A stretch of 32,000 bases of DNA from Pirellula staleyi DSM 6068 (GTDB taxonomy: Bacteria; Planctomycetota; Planctomycetia; Pirellulales; Pirellulaceae), in contig CP001848.1 of NCBI GenBank assembly GCA_000025185.1, positions 3,750,001-3,782,000 on the forward strand. The letters run 5' to 3'. Positions 15,742 to 24,112 of the stretch are shown here, one piece after another (positions within the stretch are counted from its first letter, which is position 1; every line of letters begins with the position of its first letter). Both the position numbers and the translations under genes were made by a program. The notes below the pieces were generated by a model. It had not been told where the DNA came from. It made no database searches and saw only the letters and a program-made list of their open reading frames with translations.

Positions 15742-16947
15742 ATGGACCTGCACGCTCTCACACGCGAATTGCATCAGAAAAATGGCTCGAAAATCGTCAT
15801 GCTGGTGGCAGACGGTTTGGGTGGCTTGCCCATGACAGCCGGGGGCAAGACCGAACTCGAGACCGCCAAAACGCCGAATCTCGACGCGCTTGCCAGCCGC
15901 GGTGTGCAAGGCGCAAGCATTCCTGTAGCTCCCGGCATCAGCCCCGGCAGTGGCCCTGGTCACTTGGGGCTTTTTGGCTACGACCCGATTAAGTATGTCA
16001 TCGGTCGCGGTGCACTTGAGGCGACTGGTATCGGTTTTGCCATGCAGCCCGGCGATGTAGCTGCTCGTGGAAACTTCTGCACGCTCGACACCGAAGGGAA
16101 GATCTCGGATCGTCGCGCCGGACGTATTGCTTCCGAAGAGAGCGCTCCGCTGGCGATTCGCTTACGTGAAGTGAAGATTCCAGGCGTCGAGATTTTTGTT
16201 GAGCCCGTTAAAGAACATCGCTTTGTGGTTGTGTTCCGTGGTGCGGGACTCGAAGGGAACGTGAAAGACACCGATCCCCAGGCTGTTGGCGCATTTCCAC
16301 TCAAGCCCGTCGCTGTTGATGCTGGAAGTGCCAAGACAGCCGCAATTGCCGCTGAATTCGTGGCTCAAGCTACCAAGCTGCTGGCAGGAGAAAAGAAAGC
16401 CAACGGACTAACACTTCGTGGTTTCTCGGGCCGTCCTGATCTGCCGACCTACGAAGAAGTGTACGGGCTGAAGGCTGCCGCGATTGCGGTCTATCCGATG
16501 TACAAAGGACTGGCGCAGCTTGTCGGCATGAAGATTGTGGGGAAGGCTCAAACGTTGAAGGAGCAGGTGCAGATCCTGACCGATGAGTGGAACAACTATG
16601 ATTTCTTCTTCCTGCACTTTAAGTACACCGATAGCACCGGCGAAGATGGAAATTTTGATGCGAAGGTTAAGCGAATCGAAGAACTCGATGCCGTGATGCC
16701 AGCTATCGAAAACCTGAAACCCGATGTATTGATTGTGACTGGCGACCACAGCACGCCGAGCTATTTGAAGAGCCACAGCTGGCATCCAGTCCCCACGCTG
16801 CTGGTGAGCGATTGCTGCCGTCCCGACGGTAATACGTCGTTTGGTGAATCGTCGAGTATCCGTGGCGGGCTCGGTCAGTTCGAAGCCAAATACTTGATGG
16901 CTCTGGCACTCAGCAATGCGGGTCGCATGGGTAAGTACGGGGCGTAG
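15742..16947 (+). CDS. apgM: Cofactor-independent phosphoglycerate mutase, archaeal type (ApgM family)
   Basis: Read from ATG 15742: KIVMLVADGLGGLP...TPNLDALA...PGSGPGHLGLFGYDP...DRRAGRI...TGDHSTPSYLKSHSWHPVP. The 73-codon in-frame extension upstream has no family-like sequence. Confidence 0.9.
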   Translation: MDLHALTRELHQKNGSKIVMLVADGLGGLPMTAGGKTELETAKTPNLDALASRGVQGASIPVAPGISPGSGPGHLGLFGYDPIKYVIGRGALEATGIGFAMQPGDVAARGNFCTLDTEGKISDRRAGRIASEESAPLAIRLREVKIPGVEIFVEPVKEHRFVVVFRGAGLEGNVKDTDPQAVGAFPLKPVAVDAGSAKTAAIAAEFVAQATKLLAGEKKANGLTLRGFSGRPDLPTYEEVYGLKAAAIAVYPMYKGLAQLVGMKIVGKAQTLKEQVQILTDEWNNYDFFFLHFKYTDSTGEDGNFDAKVKRIEELDAVMPAIENLKPDVLIVTGDHSTPSYLKSHSWHPVPTLLVSDCCRPDGNTSFGESSSIRGGLGQFEAKYLMALALSNAGRMGKYGA

Positions 16948-16976
16948 TCGATCGCCAAGGCGATCGCGATGTCAGC

Positions 16977-17001
16977 GGGGGCGTCTGAATCACAGGCCCC
17001 C
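16977..17001. terminator. GC-stem hairpin between convergent apgM and NPCBM genes (possible bidirectional terminator)
   Basis: GGGGGC (16977-16982), a 13-nt loop, then GCCCCC (16996-17001). It lies between the stop at 16947 (+) and the stop at 17016 (-). No strong U-tract. Confidence 0.3.
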
Positions 17002-17015
17002 ATTGCCACTTCGAT

Positions 17016-18347
17016 TTACTTTACGAGTCTCGCGCTGAGCCAGTTGGCAAGATCTCGAGTATCTCCTTCGTCGGAAAAGTCGACGATCAGCGCGATGCGG
17101 AGTTTGTTCTCGAGGGGTATGGAGATGGGCGTTGGAGCCTCTCCGCCACGAATGATTTTGCTTTCAAAAGCCGGTTGGAATTTTCCATCTTCGCCGGCCA
17201 GCAACACTTTGAAGATCACGCTTCCACGACCATCGGTGCTGTCGTCGAGGGCGAGTTCTGCTTCGAACTTCTTCCACGAGCGATCGATCTCGTATACCAC
17301 GCTTGACGCGCTGTGAACTCCAATTCCTTTTCGATAGAGAGTGCCCTGCGCGCGAAGTGGCTGACCCATTGCATTCAAGTTGAATAGCGTCGGCCACACG
17401 GTGGTGAGCAGTGGAATGTGGCGCGCCAAAATCGGCTTTTGATCCGAGAGATACGAGATGCGAGGGGAATCAGACTCGATCATCTCGACGAGTGAATAGG
17501 GAGTGGGCTCCACTTGTTCACTGCGAGAGCCAGCGGTGGACAACGTGGCTCCCGAGACCAGCGTGAAGTTCAGTTTGCCATCGCGGTTCTCGATGGAACG
17601 GACGTTTAGAAGTGAACCATCGATGAGGGAAACCCAAGCTCTTTTTTGCTCTTCAACTACATCCGTTACCGGCAGTTTCCCGCGCGAAGCAAAAACGATC
17701 GCCAGCACTTTCGACGCCGGGATATCGATTTGTCTCGCATCGGCTGTTAGTTGCACCTGCACCACGTCGCTGGCGGGAGTCTGCGAAGCTTCTGCGGTTA
17801 GGTTGGGGAGCTTGATAACCGTGCCTGCGATCGACTCGCCTCCCGAAAGAAGAATGAGATCGCTTGGCGCGCTGTGGTCAGTTGCCTGCTTGCGGAGTTG
17901 GGCTCGCGTCGATCGTTCGAGGGGTAGTCGAAAAAAGATGGCACGGACGTCTCGTTTTTCTAGGAGTGTTTGCTCCCAGAACGATCGGTCGAGACCAGCT
18001 GAGTCTCCCAAAAGCAACTGATTGGCTTCGAGCCGCAGCACATCCGCGACAAGCTCGCTCTGATCGTTCAAAACAACGAGAGAGGTGGGGAGTCGATCGC
18101 GACGTTCGCCCCAGCGGACAAGATCGCGGCTGCTGGTGACGATCGCGCGATCGCCTTGACGAAGCGAGATGTTGAGTTCGCCATCGATAGAAAGGAGTGA
18201 GCCGCTCACAGGGGGATCATCGATTCGAATCGCGGTCCGTTCGACGGCCTGCGCAGAAAGCGTGCTCGGCGCGATGGCTGCGAAGGAGAGCATCGCCAGA
18301 AGCGATACCATCCACCATCGGGCAGAAGAAATCGGTCGCCAGTTCAT
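17016..18347 (-). CDS. Exported protein with a C-terminal NPCBM (glycan-binding module) domain
   Basis: Signal peptide MNWRPISSARWWMVSLLAMLSFAAIAPSTLSA/QA. C-terminus YRKGIGVHSASSVVYEIDRSWKKFEAELALDDSTDGRGSVIFKVLLAG, the NPCBM pattern. The start lies 4 nt after the upstream stop. Confidence 0.8.
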   Translation of the reverse strand: MNWRPISSARWWMVSLLAMLSFAAIAPSTLSAQAVERTAIRIDDPPVSGSLLSIDGELNISLRQGDRAIVTSSRDLVRWGERRDRLPTSLVVLNDQSELVADVLRLEANQLLLGDSAGLDRSFWEQTLLEKRDVRAIFFRLPLERSTRAQLRKQATDHSAPSDLILLSGGESIAGTVIKLPNLTAEASQTPASDVVQVQLTADARQIDIPASKVLAIVFASRGKLPVTDVVEEQKRAWVSLIDGSLLNVRSIENRDGKLNFTLVSGATLSTAGSRSEQVEPTPYSLVEMIESDSPRISYLSDQKPILARHIPLLTTVWPTLFNLNAMGQPLRAQGTLYRKGIGVHSASSVVYEIDRSWKKFEAELALDDSTDGRGSVIFKVLLAGEDGKFQPAFESKIIRGGEAPTPISIPLENKLRIALIVDFSDEGDTRDLANWLSARLVK

Positions 18348-18351
18348 GGAA

Positions 18352-19449
18352 CTACCGCTGAAAGATCGGCAGGTAGTTGTTGGGCATCTGCAAAATTATG
18401 CAGGCCATGGCAGTGCCGTATTCCGAGCAAATCAGATCGAGCCACGAGCCGTCGGGCTGCTGCTGTTTGAGCAGAACATCGTGCACAGCGGGATACCAGC
18501 GTTGCCAGTATTGTCCACCAGCTTGCCACATCGCTTGCACACCGTAGTAGTGACCATAGAGTGCGTGAGTATCGCGGCTGAGGTCTTCTTGACGCGGCAT
18601 GTTTTGCATCAGGTAATCGAGACCTTTGCGGATCTCATCCCCCGAGTAGATGCCCGCGCTATAAAGCGCCACGACACCGGCGGCCGAACGTGGAAATCGG
18701 CTAGGGCCACCTTGCAACATGTACATGAACCCGCCATCGGCGTTTTGGCTTCGCTTGACATAATCGACACAGCGGTCGATTGTCTCGCTCGGCACATAGA
18801 TCCCTGCATTGCGTGCTGCGCGAAGCGCCATCACCTGACAAATAGTGACAGAGATATCGGCATCGTGCACGCGCGGCATGTAACGCCAACCCCCTTCGGA
18901 GTTTTGCGTGGCGATGATGAGCTTGACTGCGCGCGATAGTTTTTCGCGAACGGAGGAGTCGGGGCTCATGCCGTAAACTTCGGCGAGAAAGAGAGTCGCA
19001 AAACCGTGATCGTACATCGGGCCGTGACTGGCAGATGTCGGTAGCGAGATGAATCCGCTGTCGTCGCTACAGCCGAGTATGAACTCCATGGCGCGAGTTG
19101 TTTCGAGTCCATACTCTCCGCGGCCAGGTGTATTGCCTCCCGCTAAGAACGCCATGCCACCGAGCGCCACGACAGCCGTGTTGCGGGCATAACCACTCGC
19201 GCCAAACGAGCCATCGTCTTGTTGTCGGGCGGCGAGATAGGCTAGGCCGCGATCGATAGCAGCCTGGGTTGCGGGGCGAATCAGATCGGCTGGATTCGGT
19301 TCTTCAATCAGCGATTGTTGAGCGAGAAGAGGTGTCGCGATTGTTGTGAGTGCCAGAGCCGCACTACTGCGAAGTAGTGCGCGACGCGAGATGGGAGAAC
19401 CTGCAACCAGGGGCTGCGTGGGCACGGATGTCGCTTTCGAGCTGAGCAT
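18352..19449 (-). CDS. Tat-signal prenyltransferase/terpene-cyclase-fold (alpha/alpha toroid) repeat protein
   Basis: ATG at 19449 with GAGGAAGGA upstream. Twin-arginine motif ISRRALLRSSAALALTTIATPLLA. Repeated Q-x-x-DG-[SG]-[FW] motifs (QQDDGSFG, QNSEGGWRY, QNADGGFMY, QQPDGSWLD). Confidence 0.8.
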   Translation of the reverse strand: MLSSKATSVPTQPLVAGSPISRRALLRSSAALALTTIATPLLAQQSLIEEPNPADLIRPATQAAIDRGLAYLAARQQDDGSFGASGYARNTAVVALGGMAFLAGGNTPGRGEYGLETTRAMEFILGCSDDSGFISLPTSASHGPMYDHGFATLFLAEVYGMSPDSSVREKLSRAVKLIIATQNSEGGWRYMPRVHDADISVTICQVMALRAARNAGIYVPSETIDRCVDYVKRSQNADGGFMYMLQGGPSRFPRSAAGVVALYSAGIYSGDEIRKGLDYLMQNMPRQEDLSRDTHALYGHYYGVQAMWQAGGQYWQRWYPAVHDVLLKQQQPDGSWLDLICSEYGTAMACIILQMPNNYLPIFQR

Positions 19450-19517
19450 CGTCGATCCTTCCTCGGCACGTTTCCAGCAAAGTTTGCCACGAACTCGAGT
19501 GGCCAAACTTGCCCCTA

Positions 19518-20270
19518 TTATGGACTAGTCACTGGTTCGTCCGCCAGACGCTTGTAGTAGGCTTCGATCAGTTTTTCATACTTCGGCAGGAACTCTTCGC
19601 TCATCCCCGAAATCATCTGTTCCCGGACTTTTTCGGGCAAATGTCCCCAGACGCGGCGAAGCTGGTTTTTGAGCTCGACGAGCTGAACCTCTGTTTGGGG
19701 GTTGGGATCGACACGGTTGTCGCTCTCCTGTGTCGAACTGGGAGAAGCTGAACCATCTCCCGGGCTATCCTGTGCACTTGAGTTGGCCTGCCCAGCGGAA
19801 TTCTGTTCCGGTTGAGATTGGCCACTAGTGGTTGGAGACGACGCCAGCATCGCTTCAAGGTCTTGCACAATCTGCTGCTGAATCGATTGCGTAGCTGTCG
19901 TCGTATCGCGCAGCTTCAGCCGATCGCGCGACGATCGCATCTTGAGCAGAACACGCGCAAGGGGATCTTCCTGCTTGGCGGATTGGCCCACATCTTCGCC
20001 ATCGATCACGGGCAACGGAGTTGAAGGATTGGTGGGACTCGCTGAATCGTTAGGTGTTGGTTTCGCTTTCGAATGGAGCCCTGCATTGGCGTTTGGTGGA
20101 GACTTGTCTGGACTTTGAGTCGCCTTCGGCGGTTGTGGCTTCGGCGCCTCGATGGCGGGGAGACCTTCAAGCAACTGCGACTCGAGAGAGTCATCAGCCG
20201 AGAAAACGGAGGAAGCAAGCAGCAAGGTGACTGCGATTACCAATCCGAGGTAATGCAAGTGAATGTTCAT
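19518..20270 (-). CDS. Secreted P/S/Q-rich low-complexity protein with a conserved-looking helical C-terminus
   Basis: ATGA overlap with the upstream stop. Signal peptide MNIHLHYLGLVIAVTLLLASSVFSA/DD. C-terminus VWGHLPEKVREQMISGMSEEFLPKYEKLIEAYYKRLAD, reminiscent of DUF4175-type C-termini (from memory, unverified). Confidence 0.7.
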   Translation of the reverse strand: MNIHLHYLGLVIAVTLLLASSVFSADDSLESQLLEGLPAIEAPKPQPPKATQSPDKSPPNANAGLHSKAKPTPNDSASPTNPSTPLPVIDGEDVGQSAKQEDPLARVLLKMRSSRDRLKLRDTTTATQSIQQQIVQDLEAMLASSPTTSGQSQPEQNSAGQANSSAQDSPGDGSASPSSTQESDNRVDPNPQTEVQLVELKNQLRRVWGHLPEKVREQMISGMSEEFLPKYEKLIEAYYKRLADEPVTSP

Positions 20271-23200
20271 TTCGCACCTCCTGGCGTAGGTATGTCTTTC
20301 AGAAGCTCGGACTCGAGTGAATCCAGTGGACCGAGATTATTCGTTGGATCAGGAGGCTGCTGAGTTGTCGTATCGCCGTCCTTTGCTGGCTCCGTAGCAT
20401 TGGTGGGCTCGAGAATGCGCTCCACGAGTCCGATGAGTTCGTCTTGTTCACGCGCGAGTTCATCGAGTCGTGCGAGATCGACTTCCGAAAGTTCTCCCTG
20501 TTCGCGACGCTTCTCGAGTGCTGTGGTTTGCTCGGCGATCGCTTGCTGTAGCATCGCCAGCAACTTGATTTCACTAGCCGATAGCTGCTGCTTTGGCGCT
20601 CCGTTGCTGGGAGTATTTTCACCAGAGGGTGCAGGCGGAGGAGTGGTGCTGGCGGTGCGGACGGCATCGATTAGCGTCTTGATTGTTGTGGCGAATCGGC
20701 TGGAAGTTGCCTGGGAATCTGGGCCTGTCTGCTCCTGATCGAGTCGAGAAGCAAAGTCGCGCATTTCAGTCGAGGTTGCTTGAGCTACGACGCGCATCGG
20801 CAATCCCTCGGCGAACAACTGTGCGGTGGCAGCCAGTTGTAGTGCATTCTCTCGCTGCTGATTAGCTGCAAAATCAGCCAGCGACTTTGCATCTTTGACG
20901 GCAGGATTTTCGCGTCGTGCATCCTCGCTTTCGAGAATCCAGTTCGAGACGATCATTTGTTGCTCGAGCAACTTGGCCAGCATTTCTTCGATCTTGCCAA
21001 GCTGTTGTTGCAGCAACTGCTGCTGTCCCGATTGAATTTCGCGTTTAAGTTGACGCATCGCAGCACTGAGTTGCTCAGCGGCGCGACGAACTTCTGCGAG
21101 TGAGTTCTCGGCTGATGTACGCTGCATCTCCGCTTCACGCAAGGCAGCCGACGAAGCACGTGCGAGTTCTGCTGCAGCAGGCGACCCACTGGCCTGCAGC
21201 GACTCCGCCAGGTCATCACCTTCGGCTGCTAGTGGTCCTTTGGCGTTGCCAAGTTCGTCAAGCGTATTCTGCTGCGCATCAGGATCGGTGCTAGCCGCAG
21301 CTTCCTCATGTCGCTGTAATTGCTCGGCAACTTTGCTGGCATGCTCCGTAAGTTTTGAAGCTGATTCTTCTAGTGCCGAAAGATTGTCCTGGAGTGCTTC
21401 CGTAGGTTTGCCCTGCAAGATTTCGAGGATTCGGGCAAGAGTGTCACGCGTTTGCAGCGCCAACACAACGCTCTCTTGCACACGTTCACTGGTAAGCTCA
21501 CTCGCAATGCGCCGCATCATTGGCGCAATGGCACTCTGCGATGCAATTTCGAGTCCTTCCCTGAGTAGCTGCGATGTGCGTCCGTCGCTTTCGGCTGTAC
21601 GTGCGGCAAGATCTTCACAGCGAAGTTGCCATTTCTCCATCCCTCGCGCGAGCTCTTGTTCGCGCATGACAACCCAGGCCACTGTTGCACTCTCACCAGT
21701 GGCTGCTTGATTGTTCGTCGCAATAATTCGGCTGATTCGGAGCTCGTCGAGTTTCTCATGGATCTGCTTTTGCGAGTCGTGGATTTGCACCAACTCGCGA
21801 ATGAGTTTTCCAAAAGTGTCAGACTGCGTTAGAGTTCCGAGCATCGATTCTAGTTGCGCAATCAGATTGTTTTGAGCCTGCTCGGCAGTCGTAAGCGAAC
21901 TAACGATTGGGCTATCGCTTGATGGATCGCAGGTTGAATCTTCTTCGCGTTTTCTAGCTGCGGAAGGGGGCGGGCTCTTCGACGTCACCTGTTTGAGCGC
22001 GTTTGTAATCTCTCTGCGAATCGCCACTAATTCTGTCTGTCGAAGGCTCCCAATCTGATCGTAGAGAGTTGCCAGAGGTGCATAGATTGGCGACTTTTCG
22101 AGTCGATTTTGTGCTAAGTCTTCCGTGCACTGCTGAATGAGTCGCTCGGCACCCTCGCTGGGGTCGATCAGCAGTTGCTCGGCGAGTCGGTGGTTGAGTT
22201 CCGCTCGACGCAGGGTTTCGATGGACGCAGCTTCAGCCGATTCGTTTTGACGTAGCTGCGTGATAACCGAGGTGGTTTGGTCGCGCGATTGCCTGAAGAG
22301 CTTCAGGGCATCGCTCAACTGATTTAAGATTGCCGCTTGCCGCTCCATGATGCGACTAGCAAACTCGTCTTCGGTTACCACTGCAATGGAAAACTCAGGT
22401 GAAACACTGGGATGGCCACCGTAATCTCGCGCAAGAACATTCACATCGACGCGAGCGCCGGGAGTGAGCCCTGAGATCGTTTCGAGATCGATCCAATCTT
22501 GCAGTTCAAGTTGTTGTCCGCCTGCATTTGCAACCTCAAGTGATACCTCTTTGCCACCGTCGTAAAGCAACTTTGCCGTGGGAGTGAAAACACCACGCAG
22601 CCAAGGTCCGTAGCGAAGTTCTACATTCTGAATTCCGAGGTCGTCTTTCACGATTGCGTGAATTGGTATTCGTGCATGAACGGTGCAGAACTTCGAATCG
22701 CTAAGGTCTCGGATTGTTACAGTGGGAGGTTGATCGGGTATTACTTTGAGCTCGATGCGTGCGAGCGTTGGAAGCTCGACATCATCATCGGTTGAAAGTT
22801 CGATCGGAAAGCTTCCCGACTCCGTTGCAACCCAAGGATGCGATGGATCTGTTGCGATAGCCTCGCCGTTCTCAACAACTGCGAGCACTGTTTTCGGAGT
22901 CGGAGTTCCCTTGAGCATTGCTCCTCGTACCGGCTGATCGACGTCGGCCCGAATCTCGATCTGCGAACCTTCACGCACCGTAGCAAGTCGCGATGAAGTT
23001 GCGATGGGAAGTCGCGTATATTTCGGGGCTGTGATGGTGAGCAGAATGTTCGATAGTCGAGGTGGCTCGACTACACGCAGCATTGTCCACTCCATCGATT
23101 GATCGTCGCCACCTCTGGCGCGGTACGATAGTGACTCGGCAATTCCGTCGAGTCGATCGACCATACGATCGCCGCGAGGCTTCATTACACGCGATTGAAT

Positions 23201-23911
23201 GCGCGTGGGATCGCGCTCATAACGCAACTCGAGAACTACCTCGTCAGGCAAAGGACCTGCGCGGTCGAGCAACTCGAGTTCAAGCGTTTCACCACGCGCC
23301 AAAATGGTTGGCGCGACGACCCAAGCCAACTGATGCTGCGTGGGATAGCGCGTGTTGCTCCACGGCATTATTAAGCGGTTTGCGGCAATCCAACTGCTCG
23401 AGGGGCTAGCTAGTGTAACCATTGCCATCGCCAGCAGAGCGAGTGAAAGCTGCAGGGTCGAATGCCAGAGTGGTCGTCGATCAACTGCTTCCGTTAGCGC
23501 GCAATGTTGCGCTTTTTGTTGCGCATCGCGCAAGATTGCGCTAGTGATGGGTGTGGATGTGCTGGACGAGTCAAGATACAGCGCGACGGCTGTGCTCAGC
23601 AGTTCCCGAAGTTCCGGAAATCGACTCTCGATTTTTCGGCTAACGGCAATGCGCTCGAACTTCGCCCGCATCGCAGGAATTACCCAGCGCGCGAGTACAA
23701 AACCCACCACAGCAACGAGCGAAAGTGAAAGCCCCCAGCGAATGATCGGTGAGATCCCGCTCGTGAGCCAATCAACAAAACCAACCAGCACCATCGCTGT
23801 TAGCACTGCTGCAAGCGCGCGCAACAAGGTCGACCAGCGAAGCACAAGCCTCGCTAGTTTCGCAACCTGATCGACTCGCTCAACAAGGGATGACATTGCG
23901 GTTTGCAGCAC
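20267..23911 (-). CDS. Giant (1214 aa) membrane-anchored protein: N-terminal TM helices, a beta-rich middle and a long helical/coiled-coil C-terminal half (possibly DUF4175-like)
   Basis: GTG at 23911 (alternative ATG at 23896). TM segments LRALAAVLTAMVLVGFVDWL, WGLSLSLVAVVGFVLARWVI and LQLSLALLAMAMVTLASP, followed by the SRKIESRFPELRELLSTAVAL block. Roughly the last half is E/Q/A/L-rich heptad-like sequence. Confidence 0.8.
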   Translation of the reverse strand: MLQTAMSSLVERVDQVAKLARLVLRWSTLLRALAAVLTAMVLVGFVDWLTSGISPIIRWGLSLSLVAVVGFVLARWVIPAMRAKFERIAVSRKIESRFPELRELLSTAVALYLDSSSTSTPITSAILRDAQQKAQHCALTEAVDRRPLWHSTLQLSLALLAMAMVTLASPSSSWIAANRLIMPWSNTRYPTQHQLAWVVAPTILARGETLELELLDRAGPLPDEVVLELRYERDPTRIQSRVMKPRGDRMVDRLDGIAESLSYRARGGDDQSMEWTMLRVVEPPRLSNILLTITAPKYTRLPIATSSRLATVREGSQIEIRADVDQPVRGAMLKGTPTPKTVLAVVENGEAIATDPSHPWVATESGSFPIELSTDDDVELPTLARIELKVIPDQPPTVTIRDLSDSKFCTVHARIPIHAIVKDDLGIQNVELRYGPWLRGVFTPTAKLLYDGGKEVSLEVANAGGQQLELQDWIDLETISGLTPGARVDVNVLARDYGGHPSVSPEFSIAVVTEDEFASRIMERQAAILNQLSDALKLFRQSRDQTTSVITQLRQNESAEAASIETLRRAELNHRLAEQLLIDPSEGAERLIQQCTEDLAQNRLEKSPIYAPLATLYDQIGSLRQTELVAIRREITNALKQVTSKSPPPSAARKREEDSTCDPSSDSPIVSSLTTAEQAQNNLIAQLESMLGTLTQSDTFGKLIRELVQIHDSQKQIHEKLDELRISRIIATNNQAATGESATVAWVVMREQELARGMEKWQLRCEDLAARTAESDGRTSQLLREGLEIASQSAIAPMMRRIASELTSERVQESVVLALQTRDTLARILEILQGKPTEALQDNLSALEESASKLTEHASKVAEQLQRHEEAAASTDPDAQQNTLDELGNAKGPLAAEGDDLAESLQASGSPAAAELARASSAALREAEMQRTSAENSLAEVRRAAEQLSAAMRQLKREIQSGQQQLLQQQLGKIEEMLAKLLEQQMIVSNWILESEDARRENPAVKDAKSLADFAANQQRENALQLAATAQLFAEGLPMRVVAQATSTEMRDFASRLDQEQTGPDSQATSSRFATTIKTLIDAVRTASTTPPPAPSGENTPSNGAPKQQLSASEIKLLAMLQQAIAEQTTALEKRREQGELSEVDLARLDELAREQDELIGLVERILEPTNATEPAKDGDTTTQQPPDPTNNLGPLDSLESELLKDIPTPGGAK

Positions 23912-24112
23912 ATCACTAAAAAATGATCGGAATCGTGATCAGCCGAACATAGGGGCCGACGCAAAAGCACTTCCCTTATTCTCTCGCGTTGCTCTGGCGC
24001 TGGCTACCTCGAATTACTTGGTGTTTGACGAAATTAGCCTCAGAAACCGAGCCCTGTTACATCGTGGTTACGAAAATTCGGGACTTACGATCGAATTTGT
24101 GGACCAGACGTG

